From Thermoanaerobaculales bacterium (GTDB taxonomy: Bacteria > Acidobacteriota > Thermoanaerobaculia > Thermoanaerobaculales > Sulfomarinibacteraceae): a DNA stretch of 64,000 nt. Position 1 is the stretch's first letter. The number at the start of each line of letters is the position of its first letter. The notes below the pieces were generated by a model. That model worked only from the letters and a program-made list of their open reading frames with translations. It ran no database searches and had not been told where the DNA came from. Location: the NCBI GenBank assembly GCA_025456145.1, contig JALOLD010000008.1, positions 1,265 to 65,264 of the forward strand, given 5' to 3'. Below, piece by piece: positions 62,002 to 64,000 of this stretch. A program made the translations under genes and the position numbers.

Positions 62002-64000
62002 TCAGGGCTTGCCGCCGATCGCCAGCTCCATCGCCGGGTCGGTGACCGCCCCGATTTTCGCCGCATAGCTCGTCCGCTCGGCGACGTCTTCGTCGGTCAC
62101 GTAGTGGACGTCGAGCAGCGAGCCGGTGGCGTACCCGGTGCGCTGGTAGTTGAGCTCACCGAGGCACAGGCTCCAGCCCTCGAACCAGGTCGCGAGCTCG
62201 CGGCGGCGGCCCTCGTCGCCGTCGACGTGGACCACCAGATCGATGTCGCTCGACGGCCCGGCGGTGGCGTTCTTGGTGCTGCCGATGAGATAGAGCGCCC
62301 TGACCCCGAACCTCTCTGCGTCGATCTCGGCGGCGATCCGTTCGGCCATCCGGAGCCGCCAGCGCCAGAAGGTGTCGCTGCGACCGGCCGGCCGACCGAC
62401 CGGCTGGCTCTGGCCCCGACCGCGCTCCTCCTCGGGGTTGGCGAGGAAGGCGATGGCCTCGTCGAGGTCCGAGTTCAGGAGCACGCGGAGGACGCGGCCG
62501 CCGCCCGCCTGGCCGATGTCGACGACCCGGACGACGTCGGCGAGCCGTTCGAGCTCGGGCAGGAGCCCGCCGAACAGGTTGTGCGAGCGGTGGAGCAGCC
62601 TCTCGTTGAGCAGGCTGTCGTCGTCCGGGTAGAGGGGCAGGTAGCGGATCGACGACTCGACGAGGTCCTGGAAGAAGTGGGTGCCGAAGCTCAGATCGGG
62701 CACGTAGTTGCCGACCGTGCGCGCGACCTCGACGAGCATCGCGGTGTTGTTGATGTCGGAGTAGGTGACGTTGACGCCGAGCTTGATGTCGCCCCGGCTG
62801 CCCCACCGGCCGGGGCCGATCAGGATGAACCGGCGCTTCGGCAGCAGCTTGTTGAGCAACCCCACCGCCCGTCCGACCGCGAGCATGTCGCTGCGCTCCG
62901 TGAGCCGGCCATAGGCCTCAGGGTCGACGTAGACGACGTGCGTGATGTCCGGAACCCAGCCGTTGGACACGAAGCGCCGGGCGGTGAAGAGCACGTCCTC
63001 CTCGGGGACGTCCTTGGGGATCGGCGCCGGAGCGTCATCGGCGGCGAAGCTCTGCGGCCGGCACTGCAGCAGGTAGAGGTCGCGCCCGTCGAAGGCGAAC
63101 TCGATGTCGACCGGCGTGCCGAGCTTCGCCTCGAGCAGATTGAGCATCTTCGCGACCCGGGCGACGAAGGGCGTCGAGGTGACGAGACCGCCGAAGTCGG
63201 CGACCAGCTCGTCGCGCTCGGGGTCGACCATGAGGGGAACGGGCCGCCGAATGGTGTCGTCCTTGACGACCGAGAACACCTGCTCGAACGCCGGGTATGC
63301 CGTCCCGACCTCCCGCAGCAGGGCACCGATCTCGAGGCTCTCGAACCGGTTGGTCTCGAGGTTGATGACGTCGATCTTGCGCGGCGCGTAGCGCACCACC
63401 TCGTCGATGGTGGTGTTGACCCGCAGCCCCGGCTGGCCGGGAACGACCAGGATCGGGTAGTCGTCGGCGATCCGGTCGACCGCCCGGGTCCCGAGCCCGG
63501 GGACCAGCCGGAGGAGACCGTCCGACCGCCGGATGCGCGGCGACCAGCGCAGCTCGTTGCTCGAGAAGGCGACCCCGGCGGCGGCGGGCAGGAAGAACCG
63601 GCCGACCCGGGCGCCGACCACCTCCTGGACGAGGATCGCCATCTCCTCGTGAAAGTCGATCAGTCCGCGCTCGCGCCGGTAGGCGATGGGATCGGGCCCG
63701 AAGACCGAGGCGTAGACCTCGGCGATCGCGTCGAGCAGCGCGCCCATGCGCTGGTTCTTGTTCCCCTGGTTCGCCAGGAAGAGGCTCTTGTACTTGCCCG
63801 AGAACGCGCTGCCGAGGCGGTCCTCGAGAAGGCTCGACGAGCGGACGATGAGCGGGTTGTCGCCGACCTCGTCCATCAGGACCGACGCGGCCTTGACGGT
63901 CTCGCGCGGGAAGCGCGAGTTCTTGAACAGGTGGATGATGTTCGGGTACTCCTGGCGGACCTGGGCGATCTCGCGGTACTTCTGGTGAAGGACCTCGTCG
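62002..64000 (-). CDS. PEP/pyruvate-binding (PPDK N-terminal ATP-grasp) domain protein fused to a C-terminal Pol-beta-type nucleotidyltransferase domain; 5' end outside window
   Basis: LIVRSSSLLEDRLGSAFSGKYKS and MAILVQE (PPDK_N). C-terminus LYLIGSTKNATAGPSSDIDLVVHVDGDE (the GS..D.D NTase motif). The frame stays open from 63876 to the window end. Confidence 0.75.
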   Translation of the reverse strand, partial: DEVLHQKYREIAQVRQEYPNIIHLFKNSRFPRETVKAASVLMDEVGDNPLIVRSSSLLEDRLGSAFSGKYKSLFLANQGNKNQRMGALLDAIAEVYASVFGPDPIAYRRERGLIDFHEEMAILVQEVVGARVGRFFLPAAAGVAFSSNELRWSPRIRRSDGLLRLVPGLGTRAVDRIADDYPILVVPGQPGLRVNTTIDEVVRYAPRKIDVINLETNRFESLEIGALLREVGTAYPAFEQVFSVVKDDTIRRPVPLMVDPERDELVADFGGLVTSTPFVARVAKMLNLLEAKLGTPVDIEFAFDGRDLYLLQCRPQSFAADDAPAPIPKDVPEEDVLFTARRFVSNGWVPDITHVVYVDPEAYGRLTERSDMLAVGRAVGLLNKLLPKRRFILIGPGRWGSRGDIKLGVNVTYSDINNTAMLVEVARTVGNYVPDLSFGTHFFQDLVESSIRYLPLYPDDDSLLNERLLHRSHNLFGGLLPELERLADVVRVVDIGQAGGGRVLRVLLNSDLDEAIAFLANPEEERGRGQSQPVGRPAGRSDTFWRWRLRMAERIAAEIDAERFGVRALYLIGSTKNATAGPSSDIDLVVHVDGDEGRRRELATWFEGWSLCLGELNYQRTGYATGSLLDVHYVTDEDVAERTSYAAKIGAVTDPAMELAIGGKP

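Overview
High-GC (about 70%), densely coding bacterial chromosomal window. I found no rRNA, tRNA, cas genes, transposase or integrase.

Core content: an energy-metabolism supercluster, mostly on the minus strand.
- hypA-hypB-hypF / hypC-hypD-hypE maturation genes.
- A Hyb-type group-1 [NiFe] hydrogenase: small subunit, HybA-like FeS protein, NrfD-like HybB, large subunit, then the maturation protease.
- A divergently transcribed membrane pyrophosphatase (hppA).
- aprB-aprA-(two extra genes)-qmoA-qmoB-qmoC-sat, with a divergent adk.
- Together this is the complete APS pathway plus its PPi- and AMP-recycling partners. The direction (sulfate reduction or sulfite oxidation) cannot be decided from this window.

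Flanking genes:
- A two-component pair next to a 1162-aa LVIVD/PKD surface protein.
- A TPR Ser/Thr kinase, a cyclophilin, and a REC-HATPase fusion.
- YyaL, glycerate kinase, an epimerase-like protein, a DASS transporter and PepP.
- Lhr and a nuclease-DinG helicase with small membrane or exported partners.
- A PilZ/AMIN protein, a metallophosphoesterase, and a 5'-truncated PEP-utilising/nucleotidyltransferase fusion.

Most unusual signals:
1. Two small Cys-rich genes (a zinc-ribbon-like protein and a YkgJ-type Cys-cluster protein) sit between aprA and qmoA and are translationally coupled into qmoA.
2. A 3.06-kb cassette (mazEF-like toxin-antitoxin, SAM methyltransferase, four-helix-bundle protein) sits exactly between the hppA and sat terminators. 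It is bounded by two nested pairs of inverted, hexamer-phased tandem arrays.
3. At least ten intergenic palindromic elements follow one design rule: each arm is a short tandem repeat (6-8 nt unit) and the two arms are reverse complements. Several are nested and several abut stop codons.
4. GTGA-N6-TCAC (CRP/FNR-like) palindromes lie upstream of both hppA and aprB.

Everything here comes from reading the sequence and ORF translations. No database search was possible, so family names are motif-based.
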